Source: the human T2T-CHM13v2.0 reference genome, Homo sapiens. From it: a stretch of DNA of 64,000 bases. How positions within the stretch are numbered: position 1 is the first letter of the stretch; every line of letters starts with the position of its first letter. Made by a program: the position numbers and the translations under genes. A model generated the notes under the pieces. That model ran no database searches. It saw only the letters and a program-made list of their open reading frames with translations, and was not told the DNA's origin. The DNA lies in the NCBI RefSeq assembly GCF_009914755.1, contig NC_060930.1. One strand, given 5' to 3'. This document shows positions 24,790 through 37,519 of this stretch, in pieces.

Positions 24790-26987
24790 GGAATAAAAGA
24801 TATTGGGATGTTATCCTATTTGAAAGAGAAACTGAAATAATAGGGATTACAGAAGGTTTTATGAAATTACACTCCTAGTTAGTGGAAGAGGAGAGGCTAA
24901 TTATAATCCAGATTTCTGGACCCTTAGCTCATTGGAGTTCTCTCTGATTCAAACGGAGCTCCCTGAATCAGGATTGTGCCAGGTAGGAACTTCCACTCAG
25001 ACTACATTTCTACCAAGGATAGACCAGGTTGTCTATGACAATACCTCAATTCCGATGCTCCATAGTTGTCCTTTAGAGGTATGAGCAGTTTAAGCAATGC
25101 ACCTCCCTTAGTACTGAGGCAACTACAATAATATCAGTAAATTGCATGCCTTGGATCAGAATTGCAAGGTTCACTCAATGACATGATAATATCTCATTGC
25201 TGATGTACTACATTAAAAACTATCCAGGCAATCAAGTAACTTTGTTTCTGTTAGGTGACATATGGACACTCTCTTGGAACAATTATGGATAAAAGTTTGG
25301 GCTAACAATTACAAAGAGCAATACAAATATAATACAAGCGTCCTCATCATCTAAATATTTTTATCCATGTCTTTCCAATTAGAAGAGATATAACTGATGA
25401 AGGGCATCACCATGGAAAAATATTTCAAGCAAACTTATTCTTTATAAAATTAATTCCCCAATTCAGAACTAAGTAGTAATACCTATGCCTTACTTATCAT
25501 CTCACTAATTTTTGGTTATTGTAAACACAAAATAATACAATGCAAATACAATAAAAATCAGTTACAAATGAAAATGCTTTTTGCAATGTTGTATCGGAGA
25601 ATTCATCAAACCATAGGCAAAACCACTGACAAATTAGAATCAGCATAGACTGCTTAATACTAAATAAGAGGAAATAACAAGAATGATGACAAGATGGAAT
25701 TTTGTAAAGATAATGATTTGATAATCAGATAGTTAAAAGAAGCCGTTGGGGAAACTCATGAGGATATCAAATATTTTTGCACTCTTTATGATCCTGTTGT
25801 AAAGGTGAATTATAAAATGAAGGATGTTGTCATTCAGAGTTTTGATACAACATGTGACTGATTCTTTTTTATTTTTGCATATTCTAAGTATTAGTTTACA
25901 ATTTCAATTCTATTTTGAATGTTATTAAATATAAAATAAAACAAACTTCATATTAATTTAGTTTGCCTTAAGGTAAAAGATCACTTGCTCTCTTAAAATT
26001 AATTTATTCCTTATTTTAAACAATTTACGTAGTTTTCTTCCTACTACAAATGACCCTCAGAGAACAAGGACTTTCTGTATTCCAGGGTCTATAGCCCACC
26101 TTTAATGGGCAGGAAAGTATTTGAGGGTTTTCTAGTCCCAACCATCAGCATCTAGTTGTAAAACACAACTTAAGGCTGACAGCTTTTTGGCAGTTGGTAG
26201 ACAAAGTTTTGAAGTAGTAAACAGGAAAAGACCACTGCCAGATGGTTAATGGGCTTCCTGGGAAGACAGTGTTCTAAAAAGATTTCTTAAGTGTCTTGCT
26301 GGGGCCGGCAGGGGGGTGGTGGTGGGAAGGGTGAGGGGGAAGAGTCTTTCTTTCAGGGAGTAGACAAAGAGACCTCTGAGGGGGCTGCTGGAAGCCAGAG
26401 AAACCCCTCCCAGACCTCTGAGATGAGGTAGAGTGTGTGGCCACTTCTGACCAGCAGCCACCATCACCAGCATCATGAGCCTGATGAAAGAAAGCTGAGC
26501 CAGAGTAGTCAGGATCATGCTGGAGTCTCCTAGAGGCCCAGAGAAGCAGAGTCCAGAGAAGTTCGTTTTGACAAAATTCAAGAGGAATGCTAAAAAGACA
26601 GTCAACAATTATACCTTTTGTTGTATAAGACTCAGGCTATTAAATTGTTCATGTACTCTAGGTTAAACTGTTCATGTACCTATGTTAATTGTTTAGTAAA
26701 TATTTGTCTGAAGTAACCCAGGATATTTTTAAATTCCTCCCAAGTAGGTTCTTTCATTGTTCACTGGATTCCCCAGGTAAAAATAATTTTAGATATAATA
26801 AAATGGAAATAGTTGAATTTGGGTGAAAGCAGTTAATGATTTGGAGTTATTTTTGGTAATGTTCTATCAGGAAGTATTTTTTTAAAAAGTACATTGACAA
26901 GGAAGGTTTGAAGAATTGGTGCCTGAATAGAAACTTGCTCTGTCTTGAGTGTTTTTATAAAATTTTGTAAACCATTTTGTATTATTT

Positions 26988-27175
26988 ATCTGTCTCTCTT
27001 CCTCTTTGTCTGTATCTTTGTGTCTCCGTGTCTCCTCTTACTTTGTCTCACCATCTTTCTTTTCCCTTCCATCCTCTCTGTTTCTGTCTCTTTGTCTCTG
27101 TTTCTCTCTCCTACATCCTCTTATTTTCTCTTTTCCTCTTTCTCTCACTGTATCTGTGTCTCTTTTTGTTTATCT
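26988..27175. repeat. CT-rich low-complexity tract
   Basis: Degenerate TCTCTG/TCTT polypyrimidine run. Confidence 0.8.
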
Positions 27176-27214
27176 CCCCCCATAAACATGTATGTAGTTT
27201 GTTTATTTAGGTTT

Positions 27215-27325
27215 CTGCTTCCCTGATAACTTGTGACTTCCCCAAAGGCAGGGACTGTGGCCTATTTGTGACTGAATTTCAAGTCTCTTGATGTTTAAAA
27301 AGTAGATTAAACAAATCAGTGAATT
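27215..27325 (+). mobile_element. L2 3' end
   Basis: TGTGACTTCCCCAAAGGCAGGGACTGTGGCCTATTTGT...ACAAATCAGTGAAT. Confidence 0.6.
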
Positions 27326-27617
27326 TTAATAATTTAGTATCATAGTTCCACAAGTAGTTTTATTTCTCTTTCTCAATATCTGTATTCATTCACTTTTTCT
27401 CAAATTATAAACCCGCAAATTGTGAAAACTAGAATGTAGGCCTAATTCTAGGAATTGAGGAACGTTTCCCTCTCAGAGAGAAGGGAATAAGATGGTGTTT
27501 TATTATTATTTCCAGATTTATGATGTTTAATTCTCATTGCGTATATACAGATTGTATGAAAGAAAGAATAAATAATATTTGGGAGCCAAAGGTTTACGCT
27601 ACTATAAAATGCTAGGT

Positions 27618-27850
27618 GATAATAACAGCTACAATTTAGTATAATTTCTTGAGTGTCTATTATTTATTAGGCTTCTAGCTAGACATTTCACATGTAATCT
27701 TTTCATCAGATATGCAAAATAGTTGTAGCCCCCTCTCCTTATTTTTAACAGGGAAAAAATTAAGCTTAGTAAATTTTCCCACATAACAAGAGAAAAAAGC
27801 CTGTAAATGGCAAAAACCCAGAATTTAAACTTAGGCAGTCACACTCTGAG
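27618..27850 (-). mobile_element. MIR fragment
   Basis: ATAATAACAGCTAC...TTGAGTGTCTA...GTAAATGGCAAAAACCCAGAATTTAAACTTAGGCAGTC. Confidence 0.65.
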
Positions 27851-29439
27851 GCATTCTGGTATGTCCTGAGTCTTTTATATTCTTTCAAAAGATATGCTCT
27901 ATTTGGGATATGACAGTGTGAGGGGAAAGGGACCATTCATTGGCTGCTTCTATCTAATTTAGGGTTTGTGTATATAGTCCTCTTTCAATAAACACTTCAC
28001 CTTTGTGAATTCTGATTAAAGTAGAATCTGTGGACACTGTTAACCACAAATTATTACTGACTCAGTTGTGGAGTGTTGTAGTAGGTTTGCACTAACATTA
28101 AGTGCAGAAAGTCTCTAGGCACAGATGACTGAGTCATCCCTCCTCCCTTAATTAGGCCTTTACATGTGCTTTTCTGGCCTATCTACCTCTCTGGCCTGTC
28201 TACCTCTCTGTTCAAAGTAGAGAGGACATTACTCACATATGATGTTTAGCTTTTATCTGACAGAATCAAAAGAGCCAAGTAATTCTAACAAACACAGAGA
28301 CCACTATGTTTGCATTATGTTTAACCATTGTTTGAGTCTATATAAAGAGAGTTTTCTTTGTTAGATGTAATTTGAGTTTATATGCTACACTCTTCTGTTC
28401 TTATCTATGATTCATGTAACTACAGATGGTCAGTCTGTGGATCCTTTGGAGATACAGGATCTAAGTGTTACTGAGTACTATAAGCTTAATACTGATGACT
28501 GAGGCCTTCCTGGTTTTGTTAAAGAATAATTTTGGGAGACATATCAAGGGACAGTTGAAGTAGCTGCTTCATAAACATAATGTATTTGCCCCATAATACT
28601 TTTTCCAAAAAATATGAGCTTATAAATGGAGAGGACATATCAATGTTTATATCAATTCCATCAGGCAGGTGGAAGCTAAGTATCATCTGTAAAATTACCA
28701 TCTGTGTCTCAGCTGTGTGCTGAGTGTTGTATTTACAAACAGTGTCTCCATTGGCATCACACTTCCACACACTGCTTCTGTTTCCCTCTTCACAGGTCCA
28801 TTGATAAATCCAGATGCAGAATGAGGAATGAAGCTAGTTATAGGCAAAATTAATAACAGCAGTAGACTGGCAAGCCTAGAGATTTAGGTTTTCATTTGAA
28901 AGTTGCCAATAATTAGATATGTCACATAGCTAATTCTTGAATGGTTTACTGAATTTCTCTGAACATTAGTATTCTCAGAGAATCTAAAAATGGGAGGCTT
29001 ACATAATTGCCAGATTAGGTTTCTTTAACTTTGACAGTCAATAGATCTACTGACAAATGGCAAGGAAACACCAGTGATTTCTCATCAAAACCCAGAGGCT
29101 TCAGAGAGTTTTAGAACTTCATTCGATGATGAAAAGAGAGTGGAGGGAGCAAACTTTCAAAACTGGGATCTAAAGAGTGGGGGAACAGGATATTTCTCCA
29201 TGCTCTATATCTGTCTTACAATCCCTGTCATCACTGTCTTTTTTCCTTTCCCTTGCCTTGATTTCCCATCCAATCTGGTGCCCCAGACTCTCCTTTCTAC
29301 CACTGATTCAGCCCCAGTTAGTGCTTACAGAAGCAGGTTTTGTAATCATTCCACTGGAATACAGTGATAAACATCCAACTAGTATTTACATTTCAGTCTC
29401 TCACAACTTTAATGTATTTTACAACTTTCTTCCAGATTA

Positions 29440-30015
29440 GGAATCCTGAAACACAATCTGTTCACATCACTGTCCTGTAACAATATCAAACCAAATAAAA
29501 GCACCAAGAGTGAACAGCTACTGAAAACAGAATTAACACAAACTTAAACCATACAACTTTATGATTTGGCTCAAATCTTATTTCCCAGAAATAATTCCCA
29601 TTACCACTCACAGAGTTTACGTTCCAAAAAAACTGTCTCCATGAAGTTCCCTATTGATGTAATTTGATGTGATTGGCATTTCTGTTGTTTCTGAGAAAGT
29701 TTCAGAAATGGCTTTTCAACTATATCTTCTCAAATCTCTGTAAACCAACTCATACCCATCTCTCAAGGTTAGGCTCAAATATTACCACATTCCCAAAGCC
29801 CATTATAACACTCACATCTGAAAATACTTTCTTCATTTAATATTTCGTAGCATACTCATATCTCTAGATTTCTCTTTTGGCATTTAGTGATTGATAGGTA
29901 GATAAAGACAGAAAAATTTATACATTTTTCATACTAAATCTGAGTATTATTCTTTTCCTAATTATATATTACCTTAAAATATTAATTGCTCATAAATGTT
30001 TGATGAGTAAATAAT
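29440..30015 (+). mobile_element. Highly decayed L2
   Basis: AATCTGTTCACATCACT...TCTCAAGGTTAGGCTCAAATATTACC...GCTCATAAATGTTTGATGAGTAAAT. Confidence 0.45.
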
Positions 30016-31724
30016 CACAGACAATTTATCATGAACGCATACCATATTATGATCCTGAATAATAAGGAATAGAACTAGGAAATAAACGTCAGAAGGGGTA
30101 TATTAGAATTCTTGGAAGTGACATTTGCAAAAGCATATTTTAAATTCCATTGTTTTATTTTGTGGACATACCATTCAACTAATTTTGGAATTTCAACTAA
30201 CTCTAAATGAGTTTTGATATTTTTATCCAAATAATTTATAGCTTAAAAAATTGAGGATTGCTGCTTTCATTTGCTGGTAATGAATTTTGTTGATAATTCT
30301 GAATTCAAGTTTTCACCATTGTTGCAGGTTTAGTAATATCAACCAGGTGTATGCTGACCACAAGTACTACTTTTAAGTAAGAAATCTCTCCTGACTTCAA
30401 GCTAGATATGTTATCACTCTGCCTTGGAATCCTTTATTTTTCTCCAATTATGTTAACACATTCTGCATCAAATTTTAAAACATTATGTTCCTGTCTTCTT
30501 TATTCCTTATTCATTTTTTTCCTCCCACAAACCTAAAATTTTTCTTTGCACAGAGTAAGACATAATAGTAATGATTACAACAACAATAGCTGGCTTGAAT
30601 CATATTTCTTTAAAAGAAGCTTATTTTCCTGTTTTCTTAAGGCTTTAAGACCTTGAATAGCTGCTAGAATTTGAGAACGTCCCGTTGCTGCTCAAATGAT
30701 CATTTTGTCACTATTTATCTAATTTTGTAGGTGAATTATCTTTTTCCTTTGTCTTCAGATGGCTTCTCTGTTTTATATTGCATGCTACGTGTATGTATGT
30801 GTGTATATATACATATGTATATATATGTATATATATCAAATTGCCTATTTAGTTTATGGAATGGAATGCTGATTTGATTTTCCAGTAGATACAGCTTATA
30901 AATTATCCCATGGAAGTTCATGCATTATGGTTGTGTTCTATTTTGATGTTGCTTTGAAAGTAAATAATGCATTTGCACTACTTTTGGTGATAATTTTTTT
31001 AAATGTACATAATACACATATCTTTAAATAGTTAATTCTTGGGTTTTCAAAATTTGTGATCATGTCTCTTACCTTAAAAGACTTTCTAAAATCACCCTTT
31101 GGAAGAAAAGATTATAATTTACGTGGGTTGAGACAAAGGGAGTATATCAGATGGTGTTTGTTTGAGCATACCAGTAACTACATTTCCTCCAATGGTGATT
31201 CATTTTTTTCTAAGGCAATTTATTTTTACTTCTTTGCAATTAAAATTTTCACTTCATGAGAACAATAAAAATGTATACCAAGGAAAGTAAATTATTATCT
31301 TTATAATTCACTCATGAATGCAGTATTGCATTTGGGTCAGAATTTTGATAGGGAGGAGTAAATTTACAGACTTCCATTTGGTCTTTCTACCACTTTAGCC
31401 CTTACTTAGCCAATGAGTCAGGAAACCAGTTTTTAGATTATATTTCCATTGCTGAGTCCATCTATTTCAACTTCAATAGAAAACTAATACCAATATATAC
31501 TGAAAATATTTATCCAAGACATTTCCAAAAGTCCATGGAGCTAATCACATAAGATGACTATGAACTTATAAAAGAGTAATAACCATCCTGTGTGTCTATT
31601 AACTGGATCCAGTATAGGACAGACTCAGACTGAAGCTCCATTTATCACTAAGCTAACTTCCATATGAAATGTAGTACTATTTTGTTCCCTCAAATTAGCA
31701 TTGATTCAGAGCTAGTGTCCTTAA

Positions 31725-34708
31725 TGTCTGGTTATTACTTTTCAGTTTTGTATTGTTGATGTAACAAATCACCATAAATTTAGTGGCTTAAAACAACACA
31801 AATTTATTATCTTACATTTCTGTAAGTTAGAAGTCTGATATAGATCTCACCAGGCTGAAAGAAAGGTGCCATTAGAGCTAGAAGAGAATATTTTTCACTG
31901 CCTATTTCAGCTCTAGAGGCTGCCCCATTCCTTGACTGCTGGATCCCTTCCTTCATCTTCATAGACAGCAACATTGCATCACTCTGTTCATTCTTTCCTG
32001 TCACATCTCTCTCTAACTCTGACTCCCTATTCTGTCTCCCACTTCTACTTTTAAGGACTCTTGTCATTATATTGGATTCATCTGGAACATATATAGATGA
32101 ATAGAATGAATGCATAAATGAATACACACAGAAACATCTTCCTATTTGAAGGTCAGATAATTAGCAATCTTAATTCTATCTGCAACTTTACTTCCACTTT
32201 GCCATGTGATATGGTTTGGATCTGTGTCCCCAACCAAATCTCATGTTGAAATGTAATTGCTAATGTTGGAGGTGAGGCCTGTTGGGAGGTGATTGGATCA
32301 CAGGGGTAGTCTTTCCTGAATGGTTTAGTACCATCATTTTAGCACTGCACTTGTGATAGTGAGTTCTCATAAGATCTGGTCATTTAAAACTATGTGGCAC
32401 GTTCCCTATTTCTCTCTTGATCCTGCTCTGGCTATGTGACATACCTGCTACCCCTACACATTCTGCCAGGATTGGAAGTTTCCTGCAGCCTCCCCAGAAG
32501 ACAAGCAGATGATAGCATCATGCTTCTTTTAATATCTGCAGAACTGTGAACCAACTAAACCTCTTGTCTTTATAAATTACTCAGTCTCAGGCATTTCTTT
32601 ATAGCAATGCAAGAACAGCTTAATACAGAAAATTGGTGCTGAGGAGGGGGACATTGTTATAAAACCTGAAAATGGGAAAGCAGTTTTGGAACTGGGCAAT
32701 AAGCAGACATTGAAAGAGTTTGGAGGGCTCAGAAGAAGATAGAAAGATGAAATAAAGCTTTGAATTTATTAGAGACTGGGTAAATAGTTGTCACCAAAAT
32801 TTCAACAGTGATACAGACAATGAAGTTCAAAGTGAGGAGGCCTCAGATGGAAATGAGGAACTTAGGAACTGGAGAAAAGGTCGCTTTTGCTATGCCTTAG
32901 CAAAGAACTTGCCTGCATTGTGCTCCTGCCCTAGAGATCTATGGAACTTTGAAATTGAGAATGATGATTTGGGGTATCTGATGCAGCAAAGCATTCAAGT
33001 AGTGGCTGGGGAGATTCTAACAGCCCTTGCTCATCTGTGGGAGCATAGAAATAACTTAAAGTTGGAACTTATATTTAAAAGGAAAGCAGAATATAAAAGC
33101 TTGAAAAATTTGCAGCCTGGCTATGTGGCAGAGAAAAAAAAAAACAAAAATAAACTTTTTTTGGGAGAAAAATTTAAGCAGGCTGCGGAGCTACCACTTG
33201 CTAAGAAATTTGCATAACTAAGAGGAAGCCAAGTGCTATTATCTAAGACAATGGGAAAACTGGCCTCAAAAGCATTTCAGAGAGATTGGCAGCCCCTCCC
33301 ATCACAGGTCCTGAGGCCTAGGAAGAAAGAATGGTTTTATGGGTCAGATACAGGGCCTTGCTGCCTTGCACACCCTCAGGACACTGCTCCCCACATTCCA
33401 GCCACTGTAGCTCCAGTCTCAAAGGGGCCCAGGCACAGCTCACGCTACAGCTCTAGAGGGCACAGCTATCATAAGCCAGCTTCCACATGGTGTTAAGCCT
33501 GCAGGTGCAAAGACTGAATAAGGCTTGTCACCCTCCACCTAGATTTCAGAGGTTATATGAGAAAGTCTGAGTGCCAAGGCAGAAGCCTGCTGCAGGGTTG
33601 GAAGCCTCACAGAGGACATCTACTGGGGCAGTGTGGACGGAAAATGTGAGGTTGGAGGTCTCACAGAGAGTCCCCACTGGGACATTGCCTAGTGGATCTG
33701 TGGAAAGAGGGCCACCATCCTACAGACCCCAGAATGGTGGATACACTGGAAGCTTGCATGCTCAGTGTTAAGCACAGGTGCTCAACAACCTGTGAGAGCA
33801 GCCTCTAGGGCTAAACACTGCAAAGCCACAGGGGCAGAGCTGCCCAAGGCCTTAGGAGTCTACCCCTTGTAACAGTGTGCCCGAGATGTAGAACATGGAA
33901 TTAAATTATTTTGGGTTTAATGCCCTACTGGGTTTCAAACTTGCCTGCAGCCTGTAGCCCCTTTCTTGCAGCTGATTTTTGGAATTCTTTTTGGAATTTT
34001 TGGATTCCTTTTGGAATATGAGCATTTACCCAATGCCTATAATTTCCTTGCATCTTGGAAATAACTAACTTGTTTTTTTTGATTTTATAAGCTCATAGGT
34101 GGAAGAGCTAGCGTTGTCTCAGATGAGACTTTGGACTTTGGAGTTAATGCTTAATGAATTAAGAATTTGGGGGACAGTTGCGAAGGCATAATTGTATTTT
34201 TCAGGGTGAGAAGACATGAGATATGGGATGGGCCAGGGGCAGAATGACATAGTTTAGATCTGTGTCTCCACACATATCTCATGTTTAAATGTCATCCCAA
34301 ATGTTGGAGGCGGGAGCTTAAGTGGGAGGTTATTAGATCATGATGGTGGTTTCTCATGAATGGTTTAGTATCATCCTCTTAGCAGTATCCTCACAATAGT
34401 GAGTTCTTCCCAGATCTAGTTGTTTAAAAGTGTGTGACACCTTCCCTCTTTCTCTCTTGCTCCTGTTCTAGCCATGTGATGTACCTGCTCCCCCTTTGCC
34501 TTTTGCTGTAATTAGAAATTTCCTGCTTCTTGTACAGCCTGTGGAACCATGAGCAAATTAAACCTCTTCTTTATAAATTACCCAGTCTCAGGTATTTCTT
34601 TATAGCATGAAACAATGGACTAATACACCATGTAAACTAACACAGTCAAAGGTTCCATAGATTAGTACAAGAATGTGTTTTGGGGAATTATTATTCTGAG
34701 CTTCCACA
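31725..34708 (-). mobile_element. MLT1D LTR split by MSTA (31725-32206 and 34628-34708)
   Basis: TTAGTGGCTTAAAACAACACAAATTTATTATCTTAC...TTAGCAATCTTAATTCTATCTGCAAC...GCCATG, then CCATGTAAACTAAC...TTCCACA. Confidence 0.88.
32207..34627 (+). mobile_element. Complete MSTA element: 5' LTR 32207-32627, internal 32628-34244, 3' LTR 34245-34627
   Basis: Two homologous TGA...TAATACA LTRs; MaLR internal sequence (TGGAACTTTGAAATTGAGAATGATGATTTGGGGTATCTG); purine tract GGCCAGGGGCAGAA; exact TSD CCATG at 32202-32206 and 34628-34632. Confidence 0.95.
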
Positions 34709-35762
34709 ACATGACAGCCTTATTGTAGCACTCTCTTATGGAGACTAGACTCCCCTTCTGTAAATAACTCCTAACAGGGTGGGAACTCATGACTTTAGAT
34801 GATAGTGGTTCAAATAAGGTATCTGCTTACCATGCCTAGGGATTTGGGGTTATATAGATGATGTAACATCTGTTGGTTATATAGATAGTATATCATCTAT
34901 AAGCTAAACCTTTCTTAGCTTACTCTAAAGAAGAAAACTATTCTCAGATTCCTATATGTCAAAATACTCTTAATTTCTCCTCCAGCCATTATGCTTATTG
35001 CAATGTTGGTGCTTGCATTGTTTCTGAGGGTTAGTCATTGTCACGTGGACTCCTTTGCTTCAGAATTCCATCGCCCTTACTCAAATCAGGGAGTCCACTT
35101 CAATAGCAGCATCTCTTGCCATCATTCCTAGATTATAGATGACAGCCATCATGAAGATATTATGGATGGTATCTCTTTTGTTATTATTTAATTTCTTAAT
35201 GCCTTAGGGAAAAGAGGTCTTACTCGTGAATATGACATAGGAGACAGGCAGGACTTGTTTTCAGATCACAATCCTGCTGGCCAAAACAGAATCTGATCCA
35301 GACAGAGGAAGTGAAAAAACTGGCAAGAATAACGTATAATGACAAAAGCAATTCGTAGCATCCCTTGTTGGCACAAGATGTTCCCACCAGCACCATGATA
35401 TTTACAATTCCATGGCAATAACTGGGTACTTACCACCCATTTCATGGCAATGACTGAAAAGTTACAGCACCATTCCTAGAAAGTTCTAAATAATCCTCCC
35501 CTCAATTTGCATTGACCTGCCCTTTACTATGGATGTACTTGAAAGTGGACTTTACTGAATATAAATACAGTTGCCAATAGCCCTTACAGTGCTGAATCTG
35601 GGATTAGTATCTATGAGTTAGGTTACCCTCCAAGGAGCAGTATTGTTTAATAAAATATTGCTGTATAATGCCACTGCCTCATTCTTGAATTCTTTCCTAG
35701 GCAAAGCCAAGAATCCTCTCAGGCTAAGCCCCAATTTTCAGGCTCGTCTGTCCTGCATCATC

Positions 35763-35780
35763 TGGCGACCACAAATGGAC
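35763..35780 (+). other. Primer-binding site, tRNA-Arg(TCG) type
   Basis: TGGCGACCACAAATGGAC, 2 nt after the LTR end; 16/18 match to TGGCGACCACGAAGGGAC (complement of the Arg-TCG 3' end, from memory). Confidence 0.75.
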
Positions 35781-36168
35781 AAAGATGAGTGAGTGACTAA
35801 CAGGACAATGAAACAGTGGCAATCAGTGGCAAAATGGTGAGAGAGTGGTGATCAGCAGAGAGGTGAGACAGAGGAGGTGGCTGCGATCAGTGGTGAGATA
35901 GCAAGAGAGTGACAATCAGCAGAGAGATGGCAAGACATCTGAGATGGTAGCAATCACTAATTGGTGGAGGGGCAAGACAACAAGAAACACTGAAAGACAG
36001 CAAGGCAGTGAGAAGCAGCAACTGACAGTTGATGAGATAGCCAGAGGAGACAAGAGGTGGCAATTAGTGAGAGTCAGTGAGATAATAATTGGTGAGACAG
36101 AGAGCTGGAAGGTGGCAACTGGTGCTATGACAAGCAAAGTTGCAGAGCTATAACAGTAAAGAGCTGTT

Positions 36169-36546
<378 letters not shown>

Positions 36547-37519
36547 CTACTTTGTGTGAGAACTGCTTCTCTGGCTGGCTGGTTACAAGACTGTGCAGTG
36601 ATCTCCTCATAATAGCAAAGCCTGCCCAAGCCAGGGAAACCTAGGGAGGAGACCTTCACCTCAGCCGCAAGTTAGAGAATGGTAAATGCCATTTTGGCTC
36701 CTTGCAGATGAGTGTCACCTCTAACTCCCACAGTATTGAGTGAACCAGGTAAAGAGACCTTTGGCTAAGTAGTCAATTCAATGTCCCCTGCCATTTGGGT
36801 GCCCTAGACAAAAACACACATGAACAACTTCATTGTTGTCACCCCTTCTCTCAATCCTTCGTCATCTAACGCCAATTTATTTTTCTGTTGGCCATTTTAT
36901 TTTCTGCTGTAAAATGTATGCTTTGTTCAAAGGGATTTTGCTTTAGCTCCCTGCTAACTGTATTTGGGCAATTATTTAAGGCAGGATATTTGATTGTGAG
37001 AGATCTCCTGTTGTTTTGACTCTGGGACACCAGAGTCATGGTATTCTCTTGCCTCAATCAGGCCTTTGGGGTTCACAGTTGGCCACCTGCCAGATACTCC
37101 AGGATTTTCAGCATTTGGTGTGGGGACACTCGTTGGTTGATACAGTTACTCCATGTTTTCAGCCTTTGGTATTGTTGGCTGCCCCCAGATGCTCCGGGGT
37201 TTTTGGCACTGGCATTTCCTCTAAGATTGTGGGCTGGAGATCCACTCTAGGGGAATCCTGGTCTTGGCTTTTCTTGATTTCTGCTCTAAAGTTATCATTT
37301 TCCATAACAGCATTTTCTTTTCTTATTGTCACTTTATTTACATGTTTCCTTTATACTTAGTTTAATAAAAATACTTTTCTCATATTTTCACTTTCACAAT
37401 GCCTTAATACATATACTTTCTTTGCAGAAAGTGAAAATCTAAAAGGGAAAAATAGCAAGGGCCCAGTTGATTTCCCTCTAATTAGACTTAAAAACTTTCT
37501 GTGTCCAGTAAAAAATAAT

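Noticed and set aside
25560-25980. Stretch that reads like decayed coding or transposase sequence
   Set aside because: Stops in the frames I read, no motif or terminal repeat identified; a Dfam or tBLASTx search would be needed.
26945-27226. Hydrophobic ORFs resembling membrane proteins
   Set aside because: Artefact of the CT-rich low-complexity tract.
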